Shown here piece after piece: positions 27,350 through 37,221 of a DNA stretch of 42,780 bases (the stretch's first letter is position 1; every line of letters starts with the position of its first letter). The notes under the pieces were generated by a model. It had not been told where the DNA came from, made no database searches, and worked only from the letters and a program-made list of their open reading frames with translations. Source of the stretch: a virus; IMG/VR virus record IMGVR_UViG_3300012211_000002. The stretch is one strand, 5' to 3'. The translations under genes were made by a program, and so were the position numbers.

Positions 27350-30300
27350 CTACTCCACCGCTTCCAACCACATTTCATATATTCTTAACTCTGCACTACC
27401 AGAGGTATTTGTGGCGTTGAGAAATATCGTCGTCAGTTCTATGGAAGCTGGGCTAACACTGGGGTTCGGAATATCTACTTCTGAGATGGTCAAAGGATAC
27501 GTCGTACCCACTGCAAACGTTGCTAGCGTATAGGTAAAAGAGGGAGGAGTACCTCCCACGAACAATGTAAAGCCACCACAGACTGTGCCGCCGGCAACCG
27601 TGTTGGACGGCATAGACCAAAGAACCCGTACTTTCAAACTACTATATCTTCTAGTCAGCCCGCTAGGACCAATGCCGTTAAAATTGGCCACACTAGTGCC
27701 GCCATCTCCTGTTCCAGTTATTTTTGCAAAGGTAGTGTTATCTCCATCAAAAGCGTTACTTTTATCTGTAATCACACAAGTGCCACTTGCCCCCGTATCA
27801 GGAGTCGGAGTCATCCAAAGGATATTTAGCATACCGTTTTGCACTCCACTACCACCATCATTATTTCCAACCGTAGAAATCCCACCAGAAATCGGAGTTA
27901 AAATTGAGCCAACGAAATACCTGCTCTCTCCAAACAAGGCCAATTCTTTTGTCGCCGTAGCATTGTACGTAACCGTGCCACCAACGAAAGCTGGATCATC
28001 ATAATAGACATAAAAAGTGCTGGCATAGGCTAAAGATGTTATCGTTCCACTGTTCAAAACCACATCTGTATTCCCAGCTCTCATCGTAAAGGAAGCTATA
28101 TCAATTTCCGTACTAGAACCATCATCCTTTGCTGTCAGAGGATTTGACAGAGGTCTGTAACTGGCGTGCGAACTCCTTATTGCTTTAAACACAAACGCAT
28201 CGTCAAATCTAGCATCCATGTAATTCGTCCCACCGGTACTGAATGTGGAACCACCCGCTGTTACTGATGCTCGGCATTCATACTGCATGTAAGCTGCTGT
28301 CGTAGGCACATTCGTAGATATATCTAACAGCTGATATGCACCATTGGCTACTGACAATGCCGATGAGTTCACAGAGGATACAAACGCGCCCGTCGTGTCA
28401 TAGAACAGCACTCTGAAATACACACTCCCGGTCACACCCGCCGGCAGAGCTGTACCGTCCCATCTTGCATAGCCGCCGAAGTAGTAGTAATCGTCTCCTC
28501 TCACTGGAAAACACTTCTTCCCGTCTGTAAGAAAAGGGGAGGCTATCACTGCTGATGCCGTTTGGGTCGTCGCTATCGAAGCTCCGGTGATCAGCTGAAT
28601 ATGCGCATTTCTCTGACCCGTTCTTGGAGTGCCGTTCGTTTCCACTTCCAACTTGAACTGTGTGCTCCCCGAAGCTGCTAACGTATAACTACCCGACACC
28701 GCCCAAGCATCTGCTACCAACTGCCCCGTTCCAAATGCTAAGCCCGTTGCATAGGCTAACGATTCTACTTCAAAGCTGGGATTGACTAATAGATTCGGAC
28801 CCGCTTGCTCAATGCCACTCAGAGGATTGCCAATGTTGAACGTAATAACCAACGGGGGCGAGTACTCCCACATCAGATTGAAAAAGTAGGCATAGAGGAC
28901 TATGGTCGTCAACCCAAACTGATTGTTGTACGTAAAGTTCAAATCTGCCGGTGAGATAACCGTACTCTGCTTCAGCACCGTGACGTTGTCAAAATCCCGG
29001 ATCTCAATCCCACGGATGTTTCCTATGTCTCCCGAGAAAGCCAACTCAATAATCGGATTTGTAGAATCTGACTCATCCACTGCTGAAAGTCCAGGGGCTG
29101 TCGGTACCAAAGGATACTGCACTCTCAACGCTCTAGTGAATCTAGAAGTCTTTATCGTCTGGGAGAGATTCCCACCGGCCCAATCATCCAAAATCCCATC
29201 GAAGGAAAAAGCATTTTCCAAAATAACTACACCTGCACTACCCCAAGTATAAGTAGCATCCGCTACCGTGCCAACTACCACTCCATTCACGAGTGCTGTC
29301 AACTTTGAGCCCGCTACTTCCAAACGAAGCGTATCTCCCGAGTTTATAGTAGCCGAAAATGAAGCTAGCAGAGTACCAACAAAATCCCCTATCCTCCAAA
29401 TCTCTACCGATGCAGAAGCTCCGAACGGCCCATTTGCTAACGCCGCATAACCAGCATGTGTCGCACTGGCCCTCACAACCGGACCCGCCATATCAAATAC
29501 ACCGCCGATATTCTCTATGTTGATTATCTTCACCTGGGAGTACTGATCATTTTGAAACGTATCGTGGTTCCAGAAGGCCGCATTCCACTCCCCTAGCAAC
29601 GTCCCCTTGATCTGATTGGAAACAATCCGAAGATCATGGCAAGCTGCTATCGTGGTCCAGTTTCCACCCATCGGATTGGCATCTGCCCGATCGAAACTAT
29701 CCGTTAGATTTAGAGGACTGTCCACCTGCCGCATGTACCAAATCTGATCCCGCGCACCTCTCGTCAGTGAAAACGTCTGCGCCGTGAAAACGCCGATCAA
29801 GTTCGTATCCTGCACCCCCCAACCCCAATCCGCTTTTCTGACTTCACACGTGGGTGCCGGGGTTACACCCAAATCTACCGCAACTGACGAACCCGTGATA
29901 TTCGTTAGCTTGGCATCGACAAAATCCGGCAGATACTTCAGCCCCACTTCATTGATATGCTGCAACGTTGGCTGCTTGGCCGAGTCGTTGGGCTCCAACA
30001 CGTTTTCTGGTGCCGGTGTGAACCTCCTCAGCAACTTCTCTAAAAACAGGTCCTGCCCAAACTGAACTTCAAACGACAGAATCTCCTGAAACATTTCTAT
30101 GACTCTCGTAGTCACCTGTCTGACAAAGAAGTTCTGCTGCAAGATATTCCTCTGTGGGGAATGCACCCGTAGATATCTACCCGAACTCGGATAATCTTGC
30201 GCTGAGTCCCAGAAGTAATCAAACACCGAGTATGAGCCATCATACTGCGTGTAGCTCTTGTCTGCTATCTGTGCTACCGCCGCCCACTCTGCTTCTTCCG

Positions 30301-32137
30301 AGATTCTGGGGATCGGCTTCAAATCTGAGAAGATTGCCGTTCTGACTCCATCGTCTCCCGCTATCACCGCCTGCTGAGCTATCTTCACCGGATCTTGCAC
30401 CCTCACTACCGCTTTCCCCGGCTGCCAACTCGTCAGCCCGATTCTCGCTCCAACTCCCGGAATGTCATTGGTATAGGGAATATAACCCGAGTAGAAGACC
30501 AATGAGTCGGAGTCTCCCTGTGAGTTTACGGTTGTCGTTGCCGTAGCCAAGGACATGCCGAATCCCATCTGGTAATAATAGTCTGGACCCAACGTGCCGG
30601 GCAAGGGAGGCAACTGTGCTCCCGTCGGACCGAACAGATTCGACACATGCAGCAATGCCTGCGGAGGCCTGGACAAGAGTGTGTAATTCAGTGCCAGATT
30701 TGCTTCTGCCATATCCAACAGCACATACTGCCCGAAGGACGGCAGAGTCACACCCGTCACTGTTACGGAAGTGACGACAGGAGGATTCCACGGGAAGGTC
30801 TGATCGTAATCCGAGATGCGGAACGTTATATCTCCCAGACTCGGCAGATAGACATTGCCCAAAACCGTATCCAACGTTCTGTAAATCTGATTATATCTCG
30901 TGAATCTTTTCGCATCTATCTGCGTTGTCAATAGATACTGATGGTTGGTTTTGGTCTTAGCCAGGATGGGAGTTGCCACCTGCCCCAGCACAATCCCTTG
31001 CAAACTCAAATTGGTAGCTCCACTAGGGCTAGCTACCAACGTATCTCCCGACGCTAACAGGGGCTGAAAGGCTGCTATACAATTTCCACTGACACTGAGA
31101 TCAAACGGCTGTCCACCAAAAACTGCTCCTATCAGTCCCGTATTCAAATCCGTAAACGTGAAATATCCGTGCTGTAAACTCAAATGCCCACCGAGTTCCA
31201 AGCCATTGTTGAGTAGCACATAACTACTGCCCAACGTTCCCGTCACACCGAAAGCATTGAGGCCCCCCTGCAATGTGAACAACCCCGTCGGATCTTCCAC
31301 TGTCCAACTGGAACTGAAACTTGTTTCTGTCCAATCATCTTGCAGCAACAGATTCGTCGAACCATTGAAAATCTGATGCCTTAACACAAAGTTCGTTGTG
31401 AATCCGTCCCCTATAAAATAGTCATCCCACATCGTCTGCGGTTCTGTATCTCCTATAACTATAGCATCATTGACCGGCGGAACCGTTAGCACTTGCGTCT
31501 TGAGGGCGCTGGGATCGAACTTGGAGTCTGGCTGGGTATCATCATAAACAATACCCAGTGGAGCATCTCCATAGGGTGCAAACTGAATCTGCCGGTTGAT
31601 TACTTTGTATCTGTATCTCGCCGCATCTCCAAACTCTTTGGCCAGATCCGACCACTTCTTCAAGGGGTCATACTGGAAATACGGAACTATGTCTCCATCT
31701 TGCACCAGGCTGGTATCGAAAAATCCAGGGGCTAACGTATCCGCCAACTGACTCAGAATCTGCCCCATCGTTCTGTTGACGAAAGCTGGGATGAAGGGCA
31801 CACTCTTTACGTTGAGCAACCATTCATCGGAGGTCGCCTGCAAATTGAATTCCATGTGCTGAAACTGACTCTGTGAAACTCTTTGGGATAAACCAAGGAA
31901 GGATTTCTCAGTCTCATTCGTAACGAAACCGGTGAAGAGTGGTCTGTCGTACTTCGTGCTATACAAAGTCACATAACCGCTCTGCTTGGGAGGTACGAAA
32001 TTATTATCCGTATTAGTAAGCTTAAGCGTTAGCAAACTCGGAACGTTTATGCTATCTGCAATCTGAATAGAACTCCCATCTGCATAGTTCGAGTAATCCG
32101 CATCCCCCGTTCCGTTATTTATTGTCAGCAAGAGCAT
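27350..32137 (-). CDS. Large tail/baseplate-hub host-specificity protein (1595 aa) with carbohydrate-binding-like modules
   Basis: Hub-like N-terminus (LFTGFV...GQILSQLAD), GDGFTTNFVL, lectin-like insert, NLLVNPSFE...FDDAFV CBM-like module. Confidence 0.7.
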   Translation of the reverse strand: MLLLTINNGTGDADYSNYADGSSIQIADSINVPSLLTLKLTNTDNNFVPPKQSGYVTLYSTKYDRPLFTGFVTNETEKSFLGLSQRVSQSQFQHMEFNLQATSDEWLLNVKSVPFIPAFVNRTMGQILSQLADTLAPGFFDTSLVQDGDIVPYFQYDPLKKWSDLAKEFGDAARYRYKVINRQIQFAPYGDAPLGIVYDDTQPDSKFDPSALKTQVLTVPPVNDAIVIGDTEPQTMWDDYFIGDGFTTNFVLRHQIFNGSTNLLLQDDWTETSFSSSWTVEDPTGLFTLQGGLNAFGVTGTLGSSYVLLNNGLELGGHLSLQHGYFTFTDLNTGLIGAVFGGQPFDLSVSGNCIAAFQPLLASGDTLVASPSGATNLSLQGIVLGQVATPILAKTKTNHQYLLTTQIDAKRFTRYNQIYRTLDTVLGNVYLPSLGDITFRISDYDQTFPWNPPVVTSVTVTGVTLPSFGQYVLLDMAEANLALNYTLLSRPPQALLHVSNLFGPTGAQLPPLPGTLGPDYYYQMGFGMSLATATTTVNSQGDSDSLVFYSGYIPYTNDIPGVGARIGLTSWQPGKAVVRVQDPVKIAQQAVIAGDDGVRTAIFSDLKPIPRISEEAEWAAVAQIADKSYTQYDGSYSVFDYFWDSAQDYPSSGRYLRVHSPQRNILQQNFFVRQVTTRVIEMFQEILSFEVQFGQDLFLEKLLRRFTPAPENVLEPNDSAKQPTLQHINEVGLKYLPDFVDAKLTNITGSSVAVDLGVTPAPTCEVRKADWGWGVQDTNLIGVFTAQTFSLTRGARDQIWYMRQVDSPLNLTDSFDRADANPMGGNWTTIAACHDLRIVSNQIKGTLLGEWNAAFWNHDTFQNDQYSQVKIINIENIGGVFDMAGPVVRASATHAGYAALANGPFGASASVEIWRIGDFVGTLLASFSATINSGDTLRLEVAGSKLTALVNGVVVGTVADATYTWGSAGVVILENAFSFDGILDDWAGGNLSQTIKTSRFTRALRVQYPLVPTAPGLSAVDESDSTNPIIELAFSGDIGNIRGIEIRDFDNVTVLKQSTVISPADLNFTYNNQFGLTTIVLYAYFFNLMWEYSPPLVITFNIGNPLSGIEQAGPNLLVNPSFEVESLAYATGLAFGTGQLVADAWAVSGSYTLAASGSTQFKLEVETNGTPRTGQRNAHIQLITGASIATTQTASAVIASPFLTDGKKCFPVRGDDYYYFGGYARWDGTALPAGVTGSVYFRVLFYDTTGAFVSSVNSSALSVANGAYQLLDISTNVPTTAAYMQYECRASVTAGGSTFSTGGTNYMDARFDDAFVFKAIRSSHASYRPLSNPLTAKDDGSSTEIDIASFTMRAGNTDVVLNSGTITSLAYASTFYVYYDDPAFVGGTVTYNATATKELALFGESRYFVGSILTPISGGISTVGNNDGGSGVQNGMLNILWMTPTPDTGASGTCVITDKSNAFDGDNTTFAKITGTGDGGTSVANFNGIGPSGLTRRYSSLKVRVLWSMPSNTVAGGTVCGGFTLFVGGTPPSFTYTLATFAVGTTYPLTISEVDIPNPSVSPASIELTTIFLNATNTSGSAELRIYEMWLEAVE

Positions 32138-32147
32138 CTAATTCGTC

Positions 32148-32399
32148 TTACTCTTCCACTTCTCTATGTGGCGATAGCGGATGCGTCTCCGTTAGCAAGA
32201 GCTTAATCGCTTCAATCGTGGCATAGGTGATAATGCCATACTTAGAGATCGTAAGCGCATGCAAGATATCACGCGTATCCTGCAAATCTTTCTTCAGGGA
32301 CTCCGGATTGTGACTCTTGCGCAATGCGGAAACTACCAGAGCCAACATTTCGATAGCCGGTTCTCCTAAGACAAGTGGTGCTTTGGTCTCAGTGCTCAT
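32148..32399 (-). CDS. Hypothetical protein
   Basis: 83-aa ORF within the operon. Confidence 0.55.
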   Translation of the reverse strand: MSTETKAPLVLGEPAIEMLALVVSALRKSHNPESLKKDLQDTRDILHALTISKYGIITYATIEAIKLLLTETHPLSPHREVEE

Positions 32400-32412
32400 A
32401 GAAGTCCCAGGC

Positions 32413-32943
32413 CTACTTTAACTCCCTGATTTCCAAACTTCTCCCATAAGCTTCCGCCTCTTGGAGAGTAGCAAACACAGGTGCCCAGAGCCTTATTCGC
32501 TCCCTCGGATAGCCCCGCCAAGTCAGAAAAACGTACTTGTTCGTTTCTTTGTCCCTACCAATTTTCAATTCTTCGATAAATTTCTCTGCTGACCACTTAT
32601 TGTAAAACGTATAGTAATACTGCCCAAGCAAACCCCTATTCAGAGAAGTGAAACTCGAAGGTGGTCCCACTGCCCAAGTTTCCCCCACCACTCCCAAATC
32701 CATTCTACCGTGATCCAGAAGATCATTCTTAAGAGACATTCTCGTCACTGGATCCAATCCTTTTCTAGCCAAGATTTCATCCACTTCTCCCACTGTCAAC
32801 TTCTCCTTCACCATAATCTCTTTGATCACTGGAACTATTGGCACCACTGCTTCTGCTTTCGGCTCTTCTGCTTTACCAGTCACTGCTGCTACTGCTGCAC
32901 CACTTAGCAACGTCTTCAACCAACTTCTTCTATTGATCTCCAT
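32413..32943 (-). CDS. Protein with twin-arginine (Tat)-like signal
   Basis: MEINRRSWLKTLLSGAAVAAV; AAAGGAG RBS. Confidence 0.6.
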   Translation of the reverse strand: MEINRRSWLKTLLSGAAVAAVTGKAEEPKAEAVVPIVPVIKEIMVKEKLTVGEVDEILARKGLDPVTRMSLKNDLLDHGRMDLGVVGETWAVGPPSSFTSLNRGLLGQYYYTFYNKWSAEKFIEELKIGRDKETNKYVFLTWRGYPRERIRLWAPVFATLQEAEAYGRSLEIRELK

Positions 32944-32958
32944 TCTAGTCTCCTTTGT

Positions 32959-33210
32959 CTAGCCGTCATTTGCTTTATGTCCAAAAAGCCTTTCCCACAA
33001 CGACATTCCAAAAGGAACCGACTTCTTCTCATTTAACATCGCCAACTGTAGGGCAACTTCGCTGATCCAAAAGGATATCTGCAGCTGTGTCAAGAGCCTC
33101 TGCCACTGCATTCTCGAACTGCTTTCTTTCTCCTTTTCTAACGCCGCTGCACACTCTCGCAGCTTTCTCGCCTGCTGCCTCTGCAAACCCAGAACATCTT
33201 CTGCCTTCAT
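32959..33210 (-). CDS. Hypothetical protein
   Basis: 83-aa ORF. Confidence 0.55.
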   Translation of the reverse strand: MKAEDVLGLQRQQARKLRECAAALEKEKESSSRMQWQRLLTQLQISFWISEVALQLAMLNEKKSVPFGMSLWERLFGHKANDG

Positions 33211-33240
33211 ATTCCCACCACCACTCTGTAAATCTTCATC

Positions 33241-33687
33241 TTATTCTAACTTATGGAGCTCTTGCACTCCCAACTCTTCCATCAACTGCCTCTGTGCCTC
33301 TGCTTCTGCCGCTTCTTTCTTCTGCAGCTGCTCCACCTCCTCTTTGCCCGTAAATCTTGTATCTCCCGAGATTCCAGGCTTGAATCTAATCAAGACTGAA
33401 TTCGCTCTCTTGAATAGGTAAGTATCCGGGGTGTCTTCTAACAGCTTCTCTATCTGCCCTCTCTGGACCATCTGAAACGAAGGCAAATAAGGGATCGTCA
33501 GAAGCCCGTTATGCAGTCCTAACACATCTGGAATTGGCGCCCCTTCCTCTGCATGGACAACGAACAAACCTGCATCCGCATCATTCCACCAGCAAGCCGA
33601 CTTCTTACACTCACACCACCGAATCTTCCTGTTCCTGGCATCTGGCACCACCAAAGTAGCACAGCATAATGACCACATCAGTTTCAT
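33241..33687 (-). CDS. Hypothetical Cys-motif protein
   Basis: 148-aa ORF; LCC...WCECKKS; ATGA overlap. Confidence 0.6.
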   Translation of the reverse strand: MKLMWSLCCATLVVPDARNRKIRWCECKKSACWWNDADAGLFVVHAEEGAPIPDVLGLHNGLLTIPYLPSFQMVQRGQIEKLLEDTPDTYLFKRANSVLIRFKPGISGDTRFTGKEEVEQLQKKEAAEAEAQRQLMEELGVQELHKLE

Positions 33688-34448
33688 GTTGTCTTCCTCT
33701 TCAACAGCGCCTTCAACTGCTGCAAAACCTTCTCTGGATTCTTAACTACTTCTTCACTACTAATTCTAATAACTTTATAGCCAGCTTTCTCGAACGCTCT
33801 ATCTTTTCTTCTATCTCTCCTACGAACGCTTAGTTTAGAATGCCAATAAATTCCATCGCACTCAATCACTACTTTCAACTTCGGCAAGAGAAAATCTGGA
33901 AAGTAGCCAAACATACTCTGTTGAAATCTATAATTCAATTTCAGCTTCCTAAGAATCTTCATCATCGACTTCTCTGCTGCATTTGGACTTTCTTTTAATC
34001 TTCTGCCATGCCTTTCTGCAAAGTCTTTATTCAAAAACAACTTTCTTCTACTACGAGAGAGTTTTCTTCGTCTACCCGGGTGATCTTGGTAATGCTTTCT
34101 TACGTCAACTTTTCTTTTAGCGCATCTTTCTGAAGTCCAAGCTGCCTTTAACGCCTTTCGCATTCTAGCCGCCCAAGTTCTATTTGCCCATAACCTCTTA
34201 AATCTGAGAGAACGCCTCTTCCTTTCAGCTGGATCATTTCCGATAACTGTATTCTTTTCTTTAACAATGGCAACAATTTCTGGCGTAAGAGAAGCTATAA
34301 TCTTCTTGCGCTGTTCCTCAGCCCACTCAGGATCTGACCACCACTTCTTTGTAATTCTGCGACGCTTAGCCTTATAGCTAGACGACTTTTCTCTCCGCTT
34401 AGCTGCCACTGAAAGTTTTTTTCTATGTTCCTGTGAGAAAATTCTCAT
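33684..34448 (-). CDS. DUF559/Vsr-like endonuclease with NUMOD-like basic helical repeats (putative free-standing homing endonuclease)
   Basis: SQEHRKKLS-type N-terminal repeats; C-terminal PDFLLP...VIECDGIYWH...RDRRKD...GYKVIRI; TGATG overlap. Confidence 0.8.
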   Translation of the reverse strand: MRIFSQEHRKKLSVAAKRREKSSSYKAKRRRITKKWWSDPEWAEEQRKKIIASLTPEIVAIVKEKNTVIGNDPAERKRRSLRFKRLWANRTWAARMRKALKAAWTSERCAKRKVDVRKHYQDHPGRRRKLSRSRRKLFLNKDFAERHGRRLKESPNAAEKSMMKILRKLKLNYRFQQSMFGYFPDFLLPKLKVVIECDGIYWHSKLSVRRRDRRKDRAFEKAGYKVIRISSEEVVKNPEKVLQQLKALLKRKTT

Positions 34449-35455
34449 CAGAACCACCACCACTTATTCTGAGAATACCAAGTCACCGCTTTTTCTATTC
34501 CCTCGTCTAACGGCACTTGCACTTCCCAGCCCAATGCCTTCAACTTCTCACACTCTAATGCGTAACGCCTATCGTGGCCAGGTCGCAAACTAGACTCATC
34601 TATAAACTGAATATGCTCTTTCCAATCTCCCAACACAAAACCGTTACTGGAAACTCTGCTCAGCGCTTTGAGGATTTTCTCCGCCAGCTCTATGTTCTTC
34701 AGCTCTTGATTGCCCGCTATGTGAAAAATCTGCGCTGGTTCGTAATCTTTACTGAGCAACAGTAGCAACGCTCTCACTTTGTCTTCCACCCAAATCCACT
34801 GTCTCACATGTTGCCCATCGCCATAAACTGGAAGAAACTCTCCATTCAGAGCTTTTCTAACAAAGGTCGGAAACACTTTCTCTGCTCCCTGAAACGGACC
34901 GAAGATATTCTCACATCTCGTAATGGTCGTATGCAGCCCAAATGTGTGAGCATAGCAGATCGCCAACGCATCTCCCCCTGCTTTGCTAGCGCTGTAGGGA
35001 TTCGTAGGATTGATACGACTATCTTCCCTATATCTGTCTACACTTGTAGGAGTCGCCCCGTAGACTTCGTCTGTACTTATCTGAATATATCTCTTCACCT
35101 TATCTTTTCTGGCTTCTTCCAGCAGATTACCAGTGCCCACTACGTTGGACTGAATAAACTGCACCGGGGACTTCACACTCCTGTCGACAAAGGTTTTCGC
35201 ACCGAAATTTATCACTACATCGATCCCTTCACAGATTCCACTGATATCGCCACACAGATCTCCATACACCAAACGTAATCTTCCGGTCTCCAAAGCCTTC
35301 TTCACCACATCTGCCGTGGTCAATCTCAGGAGATTTCTTTGGTCACTGTTTCTCACTAACCCAACCAAGGAAAAATCTTCTCTCTCTGCCAACACTTGTC
35401 TGATGAAAGCACTACCGACGAATCCACTCGCACCGGTAATCAACAGTTTCTGCAT
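34448..35455 (-). CDS. rfbB: dTDP-glucose 4,6-dehydratase
   Basis: TGASGFVGS, TFVDRS, ISTDEVYG, YSASKA, YGDGQHVRQWIWVED, RPGHDRRY. Confidence 0.92.
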   Translation of the reverse strand: MQKLLITGASGFVGSAFIRQVLAEREDFSLVGLVRNSDQRNLLRLTTADVVKKALETGRLRLVYGDLCGDISGICEGIDVVINFGAKTFVDRSVKSPVQFIQSNVVGTGNLLEEARKDKVKRYIQISTDEVYGATPTSVDRYREDSRINPTNPYSASKAGGDALAICYAHTFGLHTTITRCENIFGPFQGAEKVFPTFVRKALNGEFLPVYGDGQHVRQWIWVEDKVRALLLLLSKDYEPAQIFHIAGNQELKNIELAEKILKALSRVSSNGFVLGDWKEHIQFIDESSLRPGHDRRYALECEKLKALGWEVQVPLDEGIEKAVTWYSQNKWWWF

Positions 35456-35636
35456 TCTAATCTCTCCTCTTCTATTTCGATAGTTCTTCTCTGAGACATC
35501 ATTTTCTCTGTTCCAAGCCTTTTTAATGACCCATTTCCCGCGTCAGGAACGTTCCTACAGCGATTTTCTTAAAAGAGATGGGGAATTTTAGGTACCTAGC
35601 TCCTTCCAACGCTATAAAACGATCTATCATTTCTAT

Positions 35637-36398
35637 TCACACCGCAAAAAGGCTCTGCTTCTTCTCTAACACGCTCCACTGCTCCACTTGCTTACTCACC
35701 TCTAGCCAACCCGCAATGGACGAGCCTGCATCGCCCCAAAAACCACTCACACTGTAAAGCTCGAATTTCTTCTCCTGCAAATAAAAATTGTTCACATCGC
35801 TGATCTCCAACTCCCCTCTAGGAGAAACCTTACACTGCCTGATCTTCTCAAATACTGTCGAGTCATACAGATACACGCCAATGACTATTGGAGTGCTGGA
35901 ATTTACCAAAATTCTATCTGGCTTCTCCACTATTCTGGCTGTTGCCCCATCATAAAGGACACAGCCGTAATTCTGAGGATCTCGCACTCTGGTCAAAAAC
36001 AAGCCTGCTCCCTCCCTACTCTGCCTCTCAAAATCTTGTACCGCCGGGTAGATCGACTCCCTTAGAATATTGTCTCCCAAGATTACGCACATCTGGCTCC
36101 CATCTACAAACTCCTCCGCTAACGATAAAGCTGCCGCTATTCCACCCTCCCCCTCCTGATATACATAATACAATCTGTTGAAACCAAACTCCCTCCCATC
36201 TTTCAACAGCTTCATAATTTCTTCCGTGCTCTGACCGCCTACCACTACCAAAACATCTTTGATTCCAGCTTCCGCCAAGGTATGAAGAGGAAAAAAGATC
36301 ATCGGCTGATTATACACAGGCAAAATGTGCTTGTTGACGCACGAGGTCAATGGGCGAAGTCTGGTACCTAATCCACCGGCTAGTAAAACACCTTTCAT
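35637..36398 (-). CDS. rfbA: Glucose-1-phosphate thymidylyltransferase (short RmlA/SpsI type)
   Basis: MKGVLLAGGLGTRLRPLT, NKHILPVYNQPMI, ILGDNI, IVEKP, SPRGELEISDVN. Confidence 0.92.
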   Translation of the reverse strand: MKGVLLAGGLGTRLRPLTSCVNKHILPVYNQPMIFFPLHTLAEAGIKDVLVVVGGQSTEEIMKLLKDGREFGFNRLYYVYQEGEGGIAAALSLAEEFVDGSQMCVILGDNILRESIYPAVQDFERQSREGAGLFLTRVRDPQNYGCVLYDGATARIVEKPDRILVNSSTPIVIGVYLYDSTVFEKIRQCKVSPRGELEISDVNNFYLQEKKFELYSVSGFWGDAGSSIAGWLEVSKQVEQWSVLEKKQSLFAV

Positions 36399-36637
36399 AA
36401 TTCCACTCTTCCTCTGGTTCTTTTAGCTTCGTTCCGAGCTGCTAATGCTGCTACTGCCGCAGAGACTGTTCTACAACTTTCACAAGCATATCCAAAACCA
36501 ATTTGAGTCTTAAACCGCCCCACTGGAATCCAACCACCTTTTTTATTCACCCACGTCAAAGGCCGGGAGCACCTCCTTCTGGCGCATCTAATAATTGGAG
36601 GATTCGTTGCCGCTGGACTAATTTTACCCCTGCCCAT
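36395..36637 (-). CDS. Small basic zinc-ribbon-like protein
   Basis: CARRRC...CESC; ATGA overlap with rfbA. Confidence 0.55.
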   Translation of the reverse strand: MGRGKISPAATNPPIIRCARRRCSRPLTWVNKKGGWIPVGRFKTQIGFGYACESCRTVSAAVAALAARNEAKRTRGRVEL

Positions 36638-36649
36638 GATTCACCTTTC

Positions 36650-37168
36650 TTATAGGTCATGTTTTAATGTCTCAGCAATCTTTGCTTCTGCTTTTACCAG
36701 TTCGCTCGCTAGCTGCCTCCGCCTCACCGCATTCTGCGCCCGATCTGCCTCTTTGAGTTTGGTCAGCAAGCGCTCCTTTTCAATAAATGGATTCAGCAGC
36801 TGCTCCAAACCAGCATCACTGCCAGAAACGTAGTTAGGCGAAAGAACAAATGCCCGGAAAAAAGCCACAAGTCGTCCCACTGGTGTCTGCACATCCGTAG
36901 AACTTCCAAGCTTTTTGCTGTTCACAATTGCTTTTACTAGAACCAGCTTAGCTTCCAATTCTTGAACCCGTTCCAAATTGTGCTCTTCTGTCGCCTCTTC
37001 TATATCCGCAATAACAAGTTCTTTTTCCAAGAATGGATCAACTCTCTCTTCAATATCACCATAATCTGGAGTAGGGGGAATCGGTCGAACTCTCTGAATA
37101 ATAATAGATCGAAAGAGGGCCGCAAATCTTCCTGCCGGTGTGGGTGCCGAAGTGATTCTTCCATCCAC
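36650..37168 (-). CDS. Hypothetical protein made of two tandem homologous halves
   Basis: TPAGRFAALFRS...PFLEKE versus TPVGRLVAFFRA...PFIEKE. Confidence 0.65.
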   Translation of the reverse strand: MDGRITSAPTPAGRFAALFRSIIIQRVRPIPPTPDYGDIEERVDPFLEKELVIADIEEATEEHNLERVQELEAKLVLVKAIVNSKKLGSSTDVQTPVGRLVAFFRAFVLSPNYVSGSDAGLEQLLNPFIEKERLLTKLKEADRAQNAVRRRQLASELVKAEAKIAETLKHDL

Positions 37169-37221
37169 GATGCCACTCCTTGGGGGACTGGAAAAGTATT
37201 TCTCATTCTCGTATCTCCGTG

